Below are positions 28,519 through 40,342 of a DNA stretch of 64,000 nucleotides, one piece after another; position 1 is the stretch's first letter, and each line of letters begins with the position of its first letter. Origin of the DNA: Octopus sinensis (Eukaryota); the NCBI RefSeq assembly GCF_006345805.1, contig NC_043003.1:46376001-46440000 (forward strand), in the 5' to 3' direction. The notes below the pieces were generated by a model. It worked only from the letters and a program-made list of their open reading frames with translations, was not told the DNA's origin and made no database searches. The translations under genes and the position numbers were made by a program.

Positions 28519-29000
28519 AAAGTACATATACATATATATGTGTGTGTGTATATATATATATGTATATGTATATATACACATATATATGTGTATATATATG
28601 TGTGTGTGTGTCTGTGTGTGTGTGAAATTGTGTGTAGAAACATATATTGTAATTCGGGATGGTCATTTTTTTCTTGGCAAATAAACACACGCAGTATATA
28701 TTTTTCTTCACTCGTTTATAACTGTACATATTTAATTTTTGAAACTGATGTCCATTGTCCAGAAATCTTTCGTCACACGTCTATGACATCTTGCTTCACT
28801 TACTCCGCTTACTCCATTTGGAATACACACGAAAACAAAAAAACGTCTCTGAAGAGGTCACAGATGTGTGACGAAAGATTTCCGGACAATGGACATGAGT
28901 CAAAATAAGAAAATAAGAACAGCAATAGATGAGTGAAGAAAAAATATATAGTGCGTTTGTTTATTTGGCAAAAAAATAAAGAAAATGACTATCCCGATAT

Positions 29001-29038
<38 letters not shown>

Positions 29039-29046
<8 letters not shown>

Positions 29047-29335
29047 ATCGACCAGGCCATCAGATGTTGCTACACATCGCTGGTCACAATACGCTTCGCA
29101 TTGTTTTAGCTTTCAATGACGCCGCCCCGCTGGCTAAGCGAGCAGGCCAACAGAAGAAAGAGTGAGAGAAAGTTGTGGTGAAAGAGAACAGCAGGGATCA
29201 CCACCACCCCCTGCCGGAACATCGTGGAGCTTTAGGCGTTTTTGTTCAATAAACACTCACAACGCCTGGTCTGGGAAACGAAACCGCGATCTTACGACCG
29301 CGTGTTCGCTGCCCTAACCACTGGGCCATTGCGCC
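29039..29335 (-). mobile_element. tRNA-derived SINE, family C, full length
   Basis: Head GGCGCAATGGCCCAGTGGTTAGGGCAGC (A-box) and B-box-like GGTTTCG; homologous to 44503-44660. Confidence 0.85.
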
Positions 29336-29423
29336 TCCACACACATATAATTCTTAGGCCGAGTGATGAATTGTGTTCTTGAGCAAAACACTTTATTTTA
29401 CGTTGCTGCAGTCTACTCAGCTA

Positions 29424-29751
29424 GTTATCGGTGCAGCGCTGCACCCTGTATATACAATATATATTGCTAGCAAGGGAACGAATCTTTACCATCCTATTGC
29501 AGACAACAGGACCTGCAGACTGACTCAGTTTATGGCTAGTTGGCTCATCTTCACATATATATTTGTATCGCTGGCTGGAGCGGATTCCAGCTTTAGCTCT
29601 GGCGACCAAGTACTTACAACTGAAGTTGAGCCAGCCAGCTCGAAACTGAGTCAGTCTCATGATCTCGTTGTCTGCTAGAGGATTGCAGAAGCTCGCTCCC
29701 ACTGGTAGCACTATATATTGTATATACAGGGTGCAATGCCGTACCGATAAC
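29424..29751. mobile_element. Palindromic MITE/foldback element with ~130-bp imperfect inverted arms
   Basis: gttatcggtgcagcgctgcaccctgtatatacaatatata... versus ...tatatattgtatatacagggtgcaatgccgtaccgataac; flanked by AGCT on both sides inside a SINE central block. Confidence 0.8.
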
Positions 29752-29904
29752 AAGCTGGCGAAAGATCTGCCTTGGGTTAAACTAGTAGTGGCATGGAACA
29801 GCCGCTTTGAAATGGCGATTGACTTTACTTGTTTGTATTGCTACTACTCAGATCACGACTTGAGATTTTACAACTAGCTATTTTGCTTGACCACTTCCTA
29901 GATC

Positions 29905-30245
29905 CACATTTTCACACCTACACATACACACGCGCACACGTTAAGATCACCAACTCTCTTCCTCACGTACGTGCAAACTCTCTTATACACACGCACGCTC
30001 ACCTTCGTTTTGGTATCACCACTTCTTTATTACCTCCCCTTCACCCTGGTTTTCCTGTCCGGCATTCGCCATGATAGATCGCTAGCCTCTACTCCTTTAT
30101 TTCCTCTCCTTGTTTCTTTCTATGTTTCTTTCTTTGAAAGAGCGTAGGCTCGAAACGTTAAAGACTTTTTCACTTCCGAGCGTTATTCTTGTACATATGT
30201 TTGTTGTCTACACCACCTGTCTTCGTCTTTTGTTTTTTCTTTTTT
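29905..30245 (+). mobile_element. Penelope-like pseudo-LTR copy with degenerate hammerhead-like motif at 30127-30164
   Basis: Homologous to minus 2129-2480. TCTTT-CTTTGAAA-GAGC-GTAG-GCTC-GAAA-CGTT-AAAGA has a perfect 5-bp stem I. Confidence 0.6.
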
Positions 30246-30258
30246 GGAGAATTCTCCC

Positions 30259-30345
<87 letters not shown>

Positions 30346-31545
30346 GTATATATATATATACCTGCATATATATTAGTATACATACATATTTTTACACATA
30401 AGTTCGCGCACATGCACGCACACGCACACACACACAGGCATATTAAACACAGTTGATATAGTGGGTAGAGAATGAGGGGATATTTTGATAATTTGTGCAA
30501 GAAAATTTTAAATATCTAATGTGCAAATGTATAGAGCACATCAGACAATCACAGAGAAGAGAAGAAAGACTTATTGACACATTAGATAACAGATAATTGT
30601 CAAAGAAAGGAAGGAAGGAAGAAAGAAAGAACGAACAAAACAATATGAAAGAACAAAAGGGGAAAGGAAGAAAGAAAAAAAGAAAGAATTAAAAAATCAT
30701 AGAATCACGAAAAATGCAATAGTTTATGATGATCTACGTAGAGAGGTATAAAAGGGAAGAGACAGAGGAAGGAGAGACAGAACGTGTGAGAGAATGAAAG
30801 AGAAGTACAGAGAGAGTAGGAGAGAAAGGGATGAGATGGGCGAGAAATAAAAGAGAAAGAGAAGTATGGTTTCTATGAAACAAAGAAGAGAAAAGGCAAA
30901 GAGTAAAGAAGCAAAGATTATGCGTAGTTATTGGATTGGAAGTTCATGAGACTTGAGCAATGTCGATGGTTATAACTGATGAGTCATAGATTCCCCCTAA
31001 GACGTTATAATTAGATTTCTGTGAGTGATATCTTCAGCTGTCATATTGGTTCTAAGAATAATTTCGACTTGAGAAATATCGCCGCAGTAAAAATTTTAAC
31101 AATCAAAAAGATTATCGGTTTTTTTGTAAGGGGTTGTGTATGTGTGTGTATATATATGTGTGTGTGTGTGTTTAATCGTAATTTAAATATCATATGAATA
31201 GTTACATGAATCTGATCAGATAGTTTTATTACAAAATGGTTGCAATATATAGGATCACGGTTATATGTGTTAATAAACAGGTGTATGCGGGTATATATGC
31301 GGGTAGCGTTTGTGGATCGTTCCGTAGCACGTGCGCACAAAATTATGTAAAAAAGAACTGTATGCAGTGTGCATGCGCAATTATGTAATAAAAGAACTGT
31401 ATGTGGTGTTCACACACACATGCACTCACATATATGCACACATACACACACTCTTATGTATACAGACTGATATGCACACATACATTCACATGCACATACA
31501 CATTTCTACGCAATTAAGTACAGGGTGTTAAGCTACTCACAAAAC

Positions 31546-31621
<76 letters not shown>

Positions 31622-31800
31622 GCGTGTATATATGTGTGTGCATGTGTGTGTGAGAGAGAGAGAGAGCGAGAGAGAGTATGTGTGTACGCATTCGAATGCA
31701 AGCAAACAGACACATGCAGACGCACACACACGCACACATAATTACACAGACAGCCAAACAGACAAACAGACAGACATACAAATAGACAGACAGATAGATT

Positions 31801-31873
<73 letters not shown>

Positions 31874-32557
31874 AAATAGAATGAATTACATTATTTAAAT
31901 CACAACAATTGTTTCAACACATTTTTATCCCCGTAGTACAGTGGTGTAATATGTAATTATCATGCCTCCCAGTTCTAAAATGCGGGTCCTCAGGTAATTG
32001 TTTAAAAAAGTTTCTTGCTAGATCCTACCGTCATTTCATTTTCTATCATTTATAAATTACTAATAAGTTTACGGATACTATGAAATTCTTGATGTATTTC
32101 CGGTAGCAGGAGCATTTCCACTAAATGATGACGTCAGATAGCCAATAATCGTGGACGAGTTTTGCATAGCATTCTACAAGGTTTTTACTCGAATCTTCTT
32201 TAACTATATATATATGTGTGTGGATGTGTGTGTGGATGTGTGTGTGTGTGTGTGTGTGTGTACAGACACATACACACACACACACAGAGAGGCACGCACT
32301 CATACCTCGCTACTACGGACTAAAAGGGGGGAACATCGGTCCGATAAAGCTGATTGTCCGTAGGACCGACACTAAGGTTAGGTTACGTTAGGAGTGGTTA
32401 ACTTCAACAATTACATTACGAAACATTGAGGAATAAATACAGTACTGTACTTTTAATCAAACATACTATCCAATCTGGTTGTGTGAAATACCTGTACACT
32501 GTAAATATGCACCATAAAGCAGTAAATTCAACATTAATTATTTAAAATCAGACTTAC

Positions 32558-32617
32558 CATGGATGGTGAAGAGGTGTTGCTGATATGCCGTGATTTAGTC
32601 CGCTGCTTCTGAAATCC
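32558..32617 (-). other. Candidate 60-nt exon of an unidentified transcript
   Basis: Acceptor cccctcccttttag and donor ATG|gtaagt; open in phase 0 (GFQKQRTKSRHISNTSSPSM) and phase 2. No homology recognised. Confidence 0.25.
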
Positions 32618-32862
32618 CTAAAAGGGAGGGGTTCGTATTACCGAGATATGAGTGTATATATATAGTCAACTTGTACGTTAAAAAAACAAACAAACAAAAG
32701 GATATATAAGTGTGATGTATTAGCTTGACGCTCAGGAATGGAGAAAGGGGAATGGGGTTCTTTTACTTTTTGAGCATAGTTCTTCTTCAGGATGAAGGGA
32801 AGGAAATAAAAATGCGAGGAAAGAGACGTGTCGGGTTACATGGCTGAAGTCAAATATATATT

Positions 32863-33699
32863 CAGGGTGCAGTGAATAAATTGTCGTTTAGATTACGCAA
32901 AAATGAAATTAACACTGACATCTCATTTTGACACATATATTTACGCAAAATTACATAAAAATATCTTGAAATACTAAAGAGTAAATTTATTCAATAAAAT
33001 CGCCAATGGCTTCGACCACGGAATCATCTGCAACTCTTCTGGAAGTCTTCTTGTTTAATTTGGTGAATGCTGCCATAATCCTTGCCTTCAGTTCATCTTT
33101 GGTGTTGCAAGGAGTTTCGTTGGTCACTCGCTCAACTGCACCCCACGCATAATAATCAAGAGGGTTGCAGTCTGGGGAGTTAGGTGTGATGTAATCCCAC
33201 ACCTTGTCTGACAGCCATGACTCTGTTCTCCTTGTGTGGCATGGTGCAGAGTCCAGTTGCCAAACATAAGGTCTTCCAGCAGCCACCCACTTGACCCGGG
33301 GCATCACTACCTCCCCAGGCACTTGATGTAGGCCACCGTGTTGAGTCTGAGGCCGTGTGGGAATATGAATAGAGGCATAGCGTCGCCATCATTAGTGATC
33401 ACTCCAAACACTATGATGTTAACTGGGTGCTTGATTTTTATCACTCTCGGTGCGTGTTCTCAGACTGACACCCAAACACCCTGAAATGCTCGTATTGGAG
33501 CTTCCGTTGTGAATGCCAAGCAGTACAGCACGTCGTTTCCAAATTTCTGGCAGAGTGAATTGCGCCATGGTGCTGAATTTCTTACAATCGTTACCCTACT
33601 GACCCTACTATACTGTGTGGTTGACAAAATCAAAAACAAACAATGGACATGCACGAAATTAAAAATATAAAATGGCGACAATTTATCCATCGCACCCTG
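32863..33699 (-). mobile_element. Internally deleted Tc1/mariner (maT/DD37D-like) transposon with both TIRs
   Basis: 24-bp TIRs CAGGGTGCAGTGAATAAATTGTCG and CAGGGTGCGATGGATAAATTGTCG, with TA on the right flank. Peptides KHPVNIIVFGVITNDGDAMPLFIFPHGLRLN, PYVWQLDSAPCHT and PNSPDCNPLDYYAWG; frameshifted. Confidence 0.88.
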
Positions 33700-34765
33700 T
33701 ATATATGTGTGTATATAAATACATAATACATACATACATACATACATACAGACATACATACATATGCATAGATGTACCTATAGAATTATTGCTCTTCTCC
33801 TAAGTCTAAATTTATTAATATTCAGTCGGATCACGCGTTTGGTAGAATTACTACATTCGCAATATACTGAAATACAGGAGTGGGAAAGAGCAATGATGTT
33901 CTCGAAGAAATTCTAGTCACCGGCGAGAATGAATCAGCTGGTCTGTTTACGATGGGTTTCCAGTCGTAGAGTGCCATCGATAGCTTCTAGAAATTCCTGT
34001 TCTGGTAATGCTACTGAGGAGCATTGCCGGTTCGAGATAAACTCACGGAAGAACCACCGGGCAGGATTGTCCGAGGTGCTTGCAAAAACCAAACTGTACT
34101 GTACGCACTCGTGCAATTCCCGAGCAATGCTGACTTGTGGAATTATGCAGAACAGCCGTCGTAGCATGTGGGACGAATCCGGCTAACGGCCAAATCCATC
34201 GCGATGATCACCCCACGCGTGGATCACCTCATCTTGAGGATTACCCCATCGCGAGGATCACCACCTTCAACAAGTCATGGTAGGTTGTGGTCTCTCTAGT
34301 GGCTATGGCTCAAGAGGTTATTTGGTGGGCAAGGTTGAAAGGATAGAGTGAAGACACCGTCCTCCTTGGTAGATCCCTCATAAGCCGTTGGGTATTCATG
34401 CACACTCACATTGGAAAGTAGTGGAAAGGGCAGTGCTACCAACCAGTGAATTTGCCAGAACGTGGGTGACTGTGGCAAAAATGGTTAGGGTTAATGGTCT
34501 TTCTCTACAAGCAATCACCGCCTGTATATTGGAGTACGACCGACGGGCAAGGGCTCGGACTTTTTGTGGTCAGATTAGTCCTGCTTCTGAGGGGATCATT
34601 GATTAACTCTATTTGTGCTATCTCATGTAACCCCGCCACACAAATTGTAGACTGTCATTGTGATGTCCCCTTCATCGATGTCCCTGTGGCTAATAAAAGA
34701 AATCGATATCATCATCATCATCATCATCATTATTATTACTATTATTATTATTATTATTATTATTA

Positions 34766-35672
34766 CTTTTTTTTTTCTTCTTTCAAATTTTCTTCCATTT
34801 CTTGCCGAGTGTCTTCCCGACTCCTAGGGCAAAGAAACTCATAGTGTATATTGGTAGGCCATTAAACCAAACTCAGTAGTTCGTTCATTTTTTTTTTTTT
34901 TTTTTTTTTTAAGTTAAATTAAAATACATGAGCAGCAACAGTTCTCACATCGACAATGCTCTTCTCAATACGTGTGGTGTACCAGTTAAGACAATCTTTT
35001 GCACTTCTTGCAGGGATGGTAAGCCAGGGATCATTCTCATATAATTTTCGGTTCCCTTCTTGATCATTCCTAGTGCTCCTACGATCACTGGTATTGTAAC
35101 CGCCTTGAGATGCCACATTTTCTCAATTTCAATGAGTAGGTCTTTATATTTTCTGAGCTTGTCAAACTCTTTCGCTGAGATATTATGATCATAGGGGATG
35201 CTCATGTCGATCAATAAGCAAACTTTATTGTTTTGGTCTTTCACAACAATATCTGGTTTATTGGCCTTGATGGTTCGGTCTGTATGTACTGGAAAGTCCC
35301 ACAGAATGGTTACATTTTCTCCTTCAGTTACAGCCTCAGGGTGGTGATTATACCACTTGTCGGCAGTTTTGATATTGTAATGCCGACTTATTAGCCAGTG
35401 GAGATATTGGCCAACTCTGTCATGTCTTAATTTATACTCCACTGGTGCTAAGACTTTACATCCAGAGATTAGGTGGTCCACTGTTTCAATCATGTCGTTG
35501 CAGAATCGGCATTTTGGGTCTGCTCCATTTTTCATCACATTGGCCTGGTAGTTCCGGGTTAATAGGCTTTGGTCTTGAGCAGCCAGGATGAAACCTTCGC
35601 TCTCTGCTTTTAGCCCTGAGCTCCGCAGCCACTGATGGGTTTGCTTCTGGTCAACATCAGCTTGTTTGCTGC

Positions 35673-35673
<1 letters not shown>
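34766..35673 (-). mobile_element. 5'-truncated R4/Dong-clade non-LTR retrotransposon (REL endonuclease) inserted in (TAA)n
   Basis: ORF carries CCHC knuckle CRFCNDMIETVDHLISGC, RHD motif and PDIVVKD..LIDMS..KYKDL; ~180-bp 3' UTR; (TAA)n on both sides. Confidence 0.92.
34945..35673 (-). CDS. C-terminal ~242 codons of the R4/Dong polyprotein (zinc knuckle plus restriction-like endonuclease); truncated, no native start
   Basis: Uninterrupted frame within ORF 34945-35778. The first 35 codons of that ORF come from the flanking SINE and (AAT)n. Confidence 0.85.
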
Positions 35674-35736
<63 letters not shown>

Positions 35737-35739
35737 AAC

Positions 35740-35943
35740 ATGGCGACGAGCTGGCAGAATCGTTAGCCCGCCGGGCAAAATGCTTAGCGGTATTTAGTCT
35801 TTCTCCATGTTTTGAACCAGGGTCGACTTTACTTTTCATCCTTTCGGCGTCGATAAATTAAGTACCAGTTATGCACTGGAGTTGATGTAATCGACTAGTC
35901 CCCTCCCCAAAAAATTTCAGGCCTTGTGCCTCTAGTAGGAAGG

Positions 35944-35945
<2 letters not shown>
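35740..35945 (+). mobile_element. SINE family A with (ATT)n tail
   Basis: Head atggcgacgagctggcagaatcgttagc; tail caggccttgtgcctctagtaggaagg followed by (ATT)n at 35945-36004. Confidence 0.85.
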
Positions 35946-36004
<59 letters not shown>

Positions 36005-36005
<1 letters not shown>

Positions 36006-36081
36006 TGCTTTTTTTTCCTTCTTTCTTCAAATTTTCTTCCATTTCTCGCCGAGTATTTTCCGTACACTTAGGGCAGAGAAA
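36005..36081 (-). mobile_element. Extreme 3'-terminal remnant (~77 bp) of an R4/Dong element related to 34766-35673
   Basis: gccctaagtgtacggaaaatactcggcgagaaatggaagaaaatttgaag aligns to gccctaggagtcgggaagacactcggcaagaaatggaagaaaatttgaaag; (TAA)n on both sides. Confidence 0.8.
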
Positions 36082-36099
36082 TTATTATTATTATTATTT

Positions 36100-36132
<33 letters not shown>

Positions 36133-36133
36133 A

Positions 36134-36189
<56 letters not shown>

Positions 36190-36722
36190 TTGATTATTGA
36201 TTCCAAAAGCTTCTGTTCCCTCGTTGCCTTGTCTTTCGGTTTTATGGTCCAGTAAACCATGTGCAGTGCCTTACTTCCCCAGAAAATTCTTGTTTTTAAA
36301 GAGTTTTATCCTCTGATCCTGTCATAAAATGAAACAAATTCAAGCAACCAATCAGCAGGTGTCTTATGAACATTAATGCCTCCTTAGGGGGTGCTTGCCG
36401 CTCATTTCAGACTACCATTGGGTGTATTTGTTATTAAACATTAAAACAGCGGCAAGCCGCCGAACCTATGGTGCGATGTTCATGATGATGATGATAATGA
36501 TGATTAATGATGATGATGAGGATGATGGTGATAACGATGATGAGGAGGAGGAGGAGAAGGAGAATGGTTGTAACGACGACGATGATACGATGATGATAGG
36601 GATGAAAACGACGACGGTGTAAGCAATGGTAACGATGGCGGAGGTGAGGGAGGCGGCGTCGGAGGCAATGGCGATGATACTAACGACCTTGCCTACGACA
36701 ACGAAGATAGTGATGATGAGAA

Positions 36723-36799
<77 letters not shown>

Positions 36800-37424
36800 C
36801 AAGTGAAATAAAATGAAAAACAGGACACAAAGGATGTCGCGGTACACATGTTTCGAGCTTTATAAAACAACTTATTCTTACATCAATGTATAATCGACAT
36901 AACAGATAGTTTAAAAGCCTTCTTCAGCCGCATGCAATTGCTGCACCAAAGACTTGTATCACATTATGAAAGGTTTGAGAAAGAACATTTGGTATTATTT
37001 GTAATGGTAGGTAAACTGAGTATCACTGGGAAAGTATGTTTGTAAATCTTCATAATCAAATAGGTGTACAGGGTATTATTGGACTCCAAAAATCCGTCCA
37101 TACCGTTTTCTCACTCAACATATATATATATATGAATGTATTTGCGTGTGTGTACAGTTTAGGTTACTTACAACATGTTTGCAATAAGTGTCGTGTGGTG
37201 GAAATAAACGCAATTACTAAACTTTCATTCATAAATTCATTTATTATTTCGTTCTTTTGCATTTCAATTTGTACATTAAGGTTCTTTGAATATGTACGAT
37301 GTATTTTAAGGCTAAATACTAATTCCGTTTACGCTTGTGTGACTGAGATATTTTGGTTGGATTATATAGTCATTGGTGTTACATTACTTTCTATATTCTC
37401 TAACTGTTACAATATACTTTTCTA

Positions 37425-37562
37425 GGCCTGAATTTTTTGTGGGGAGGGGGCCAGTTGATTAGATCGGTCCCAGTACACAACTGATACTTGAGTTATCGAA
37501 CCCGAAAGGACGAAAGGCAAAGTCGTTCTCGGCAGAATTTGAACTCAGAACATAAAGACAGA
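37425..37562 (-). mobile_element. SINE family A, partial
   Basis: cccgaaaggacgaaaggcaaagtcg..gaatttgaactcagaac. Confidence 0.75.
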
Positions 37563-37654
37563 CGGTCATAATATACAAACATTTCTCATGGCTCCTGTAC
37601 ACTGTTTACAGATGCTTACACTCTTTTATGTTTTCGTGAATTTTTCACAATTCT

Positions 37655-38022
37655 AGCTATTTTCTGTATGCTATATATATTTGTAAGTCCTGGTGTTTTG
37701 TTATGTATTTGTCTGAATATATTTTATCATACCTAATGCGCCTGCTATGATAGGAATTGTTTCTGTTTTTAGATTCCACATTCGAATTAACTCTATTTCC
37801 AGGTTCTTGTATTTTGAAAGTTTCTCCATTTCTTTTAGAGACACGTTGTCATCAGCTGGTATTGATACATCAATTAGAAAGTATATTTTTCTTCGTGATC
37901 TCTGACAACTATATCTGGCCTATTTGCCTTAATTTCTCTGTCTGTGTGTATTGGCATATCCCAGAGTATGGCTGCTTTCTCGTTTTCTGTGACCTTTTCT
38001 CGTGTGTGCCTATATCATCTTT
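37655..38022 (-). mobile_element. R4/Dong REL fragment, second subfamily, degenerate
   Basis: EKVTENEKAAILWDMPIHTDREIKANRPDIVVRDHEEKIYFLIDVSIPADDNVSLKEMEKLSKYKNLEIELIRMWNLKTETIPIIAGALGMIK; 5' boundary at (TAA)n 38023-38104. Confidence 0.88.
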
Positions 38023-38039
38023 TATTATTATTATTATTA

Positions 38040-38101
<62 letters not shown>

Positions 38102-38105
38102 TATT

Positions 38106-38507
38106 GTCTTTGCACAGCTTCTAACGCTCGTGATGTACTACAGTGCCAGCTGTTCACTACCAGTAACAGCTCTTATTTTTCTAGCACCACCGGGAGTATT
38201 CGAGCGGTTCCAAGCAGTGCTTTTTCTGCAAGTGATCCACCCTTATTGCAGCTCCTATTTGTTCCACGCACTTTTCGAGATCTTTTCTCACTGTTCCCAG
38301 GACTCCGAAAATTATTGGTACTACTGCTACCTTTTTCATCGACTACAACTGCTTAACTTCCCAAGCTAACCTGTAATATCTCTCAACTTTTCTTTCTTCC
38401 TTATCGCATACCTTGTTGTCAGCTGGGCATGCTATATCTATGATCCAGTATAGTTTGTTTTCTTTCTCAATTAAGACTATGTCCGGTTTCCTATTCTCTA
38501 TCTCTGT
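38106..38507 (-). mobile_element. R4/Dong REL fragment, third subfamily, with 3' end in (TAA)n
   Basis: EIENRKPDIVLIEKENKLYWIIDIACPADNKVCDKEERKVERYYRLAWEVKQL*SMKKVAVVPIIFGVLGTV..LQK/ALLGTARIL; one stop and one frameshift. Confidence 0.88.
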
Positions 38508-38574
38508 TATTGATGTTGTTGTTGTTGTTATTGTTGTTATTCAGTAGTTTTATTTTTATAACGTGCTTCTCTTC

Positions 38575-38955
38575 AGGTCGCATAGCTCACCCCGCTCAAC
38601 TGATTCCTGAATAAGGGTTGTTTAAGGCTGTTGAACGAAACGCCTATGTTTCCAGAGGTGAATCATTCAAACCCTACAGAATTCCTCTCAAACGTGGGTT
38701 ATGATGCCCCCCCCACCACTACTTCTCCTAGTGATTCGAGATGCACATATCGCCAGCCACCAAAGGACATGCTCAACTGGTTAAGGTCAAACAACTGACA
38801 GCAAATCTGTGATATTGAGCACAATATTTGCTGTAGACCATCTCTTAAACCAAGACAAAACAATATACATGATAACACTTCTAATCAGTTAGGATCAGAA
38901 GCCATGAGAGCCAGTGCTTTGTACTGCACAGGGTAAAGCCATGAGAGCCAGTGCC
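38575..38955. repeat. Probable interspersed repeat of unknown class, ending in a 17-bp tandem duplication (gccatgagagccagtgc)
   Basis: Only one copy in the window. It resembles a repeat I recall from octopus sequence, which is unverified. Confidence 0.3.
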
Positions 38956-39119
38956 TGATACTGCATCTAGACATTTTTTGTTTTTTAACCTCTGTATGCT
39001 ATGCATATGTCCCTTCTTTTTTAGTGTATACTGTGTGTACTTTGTTTCTTTCATTTTTTATCATTTCGTTATATGTAAATCCTCACACTTTGTCTGTCTT
39101 TGTATTGTCCCCTCATCTT

Positions 39120-39981
39120 ACGCCCTTGTGGCAAATGAACTTCTTCTCCTTCTTCTTCATCTTCTTCATCTTCTTCTTCTTCTTCTTCTTCTTCTTCTTC
39201 TTCTTCTTCTTCTTCTTCTTCTTCTTTTTCTTCTTCTTCCTCCTTTTATGATTATTGCTACTACTACTACTACTATTACTACTACTACTACTACTACTGC
39301 TACTACTACTACTACTATTATTATTATTACTACTACTACTATTATCATTACTACTAATATTACTACTACTATTATTGTTATTACCATTATTATTATTATT
39401 ACTAGAACTAGTATTATTATTGTTATTATTATTATTACTAGAACTAGTATTATTATTGTTATAATTATTATTACTATTATTACTACTATTATTATTATTA
39501 TTATTACTAGTACTACTACTATCATCCTCCTCCTCATCATCATTATTATTATTATTTTTATTAGTATTATTATTATTATTACTACTACTACTATTACTAC
39601 GAGTACTACTACTAACATCGTCATCATCATCATCATTATTATTATTATTATCATCATCATTATTATTATTATTATTATTATTATTAATATTATACATGCT
39701 AAACGGGGACTTATAGTAGGATAACTGCTTTTTTTTTCTTCTGATTGTTTGGTGTATTTTTAAGGAAATTCCGAGTTCCTACCTATTTTACTCGGTGAAA
39801 TGCTATGAAGCTGTTGGGGAGTCGCTATAAACACTACGGGGAGGAATTTCAAACAAAATAACAGAGCGGCGGTAAGCTACATGATGTTGTTGACCTTTCA
39901 CCTTTCTGAACTATCATTCCAAACATATTTACCATGGAGAGAGAACACACACAAACACACACACACACACACACAGAAACA

Positions 39982-40021
<40 letters not shown>

Positions 40022-40299
40022 CACACTCACACATGCAATCACACGTGCACGCGCGCATGTGTGTACAAATACACACATACATACATACATACATACATAC
40101 ATACATACACATATACAGAGAGAGAAGGAGAATGAGAGAAAGTGAGTGAAGTTCGCGAGAGTTGTTTGAAGGTAAAAGGGAAGTGATAATGATGATGATG
40201 AGGAGGAGGAGGAGAGGAAATGTTGAGGATGATGAGGGGAATGATGATGGTGGTGGTAATGGTGGTGGTGGCGTTCATAGCGTTTATGTTTGTGGTGAA

Positions 40300-40342
<43 letters not shown>

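Noticed and set aside
32121-32210. VKEDSSKNLVECYAKLVHDYW peptide reminiscent of a USP deubiquitinase helix
   Set aside because: Acceptor would be a (TA)n tract, a stop follows with no donor, and no other USP motifs (Cys or His boxes) occur in the window.
38951-39724. 257-aa ORF and antisense poly-N/poly-I ORFs
   Set aside because: Translated (CTT)n, (CTA)n and (ATT)n microsatellites.
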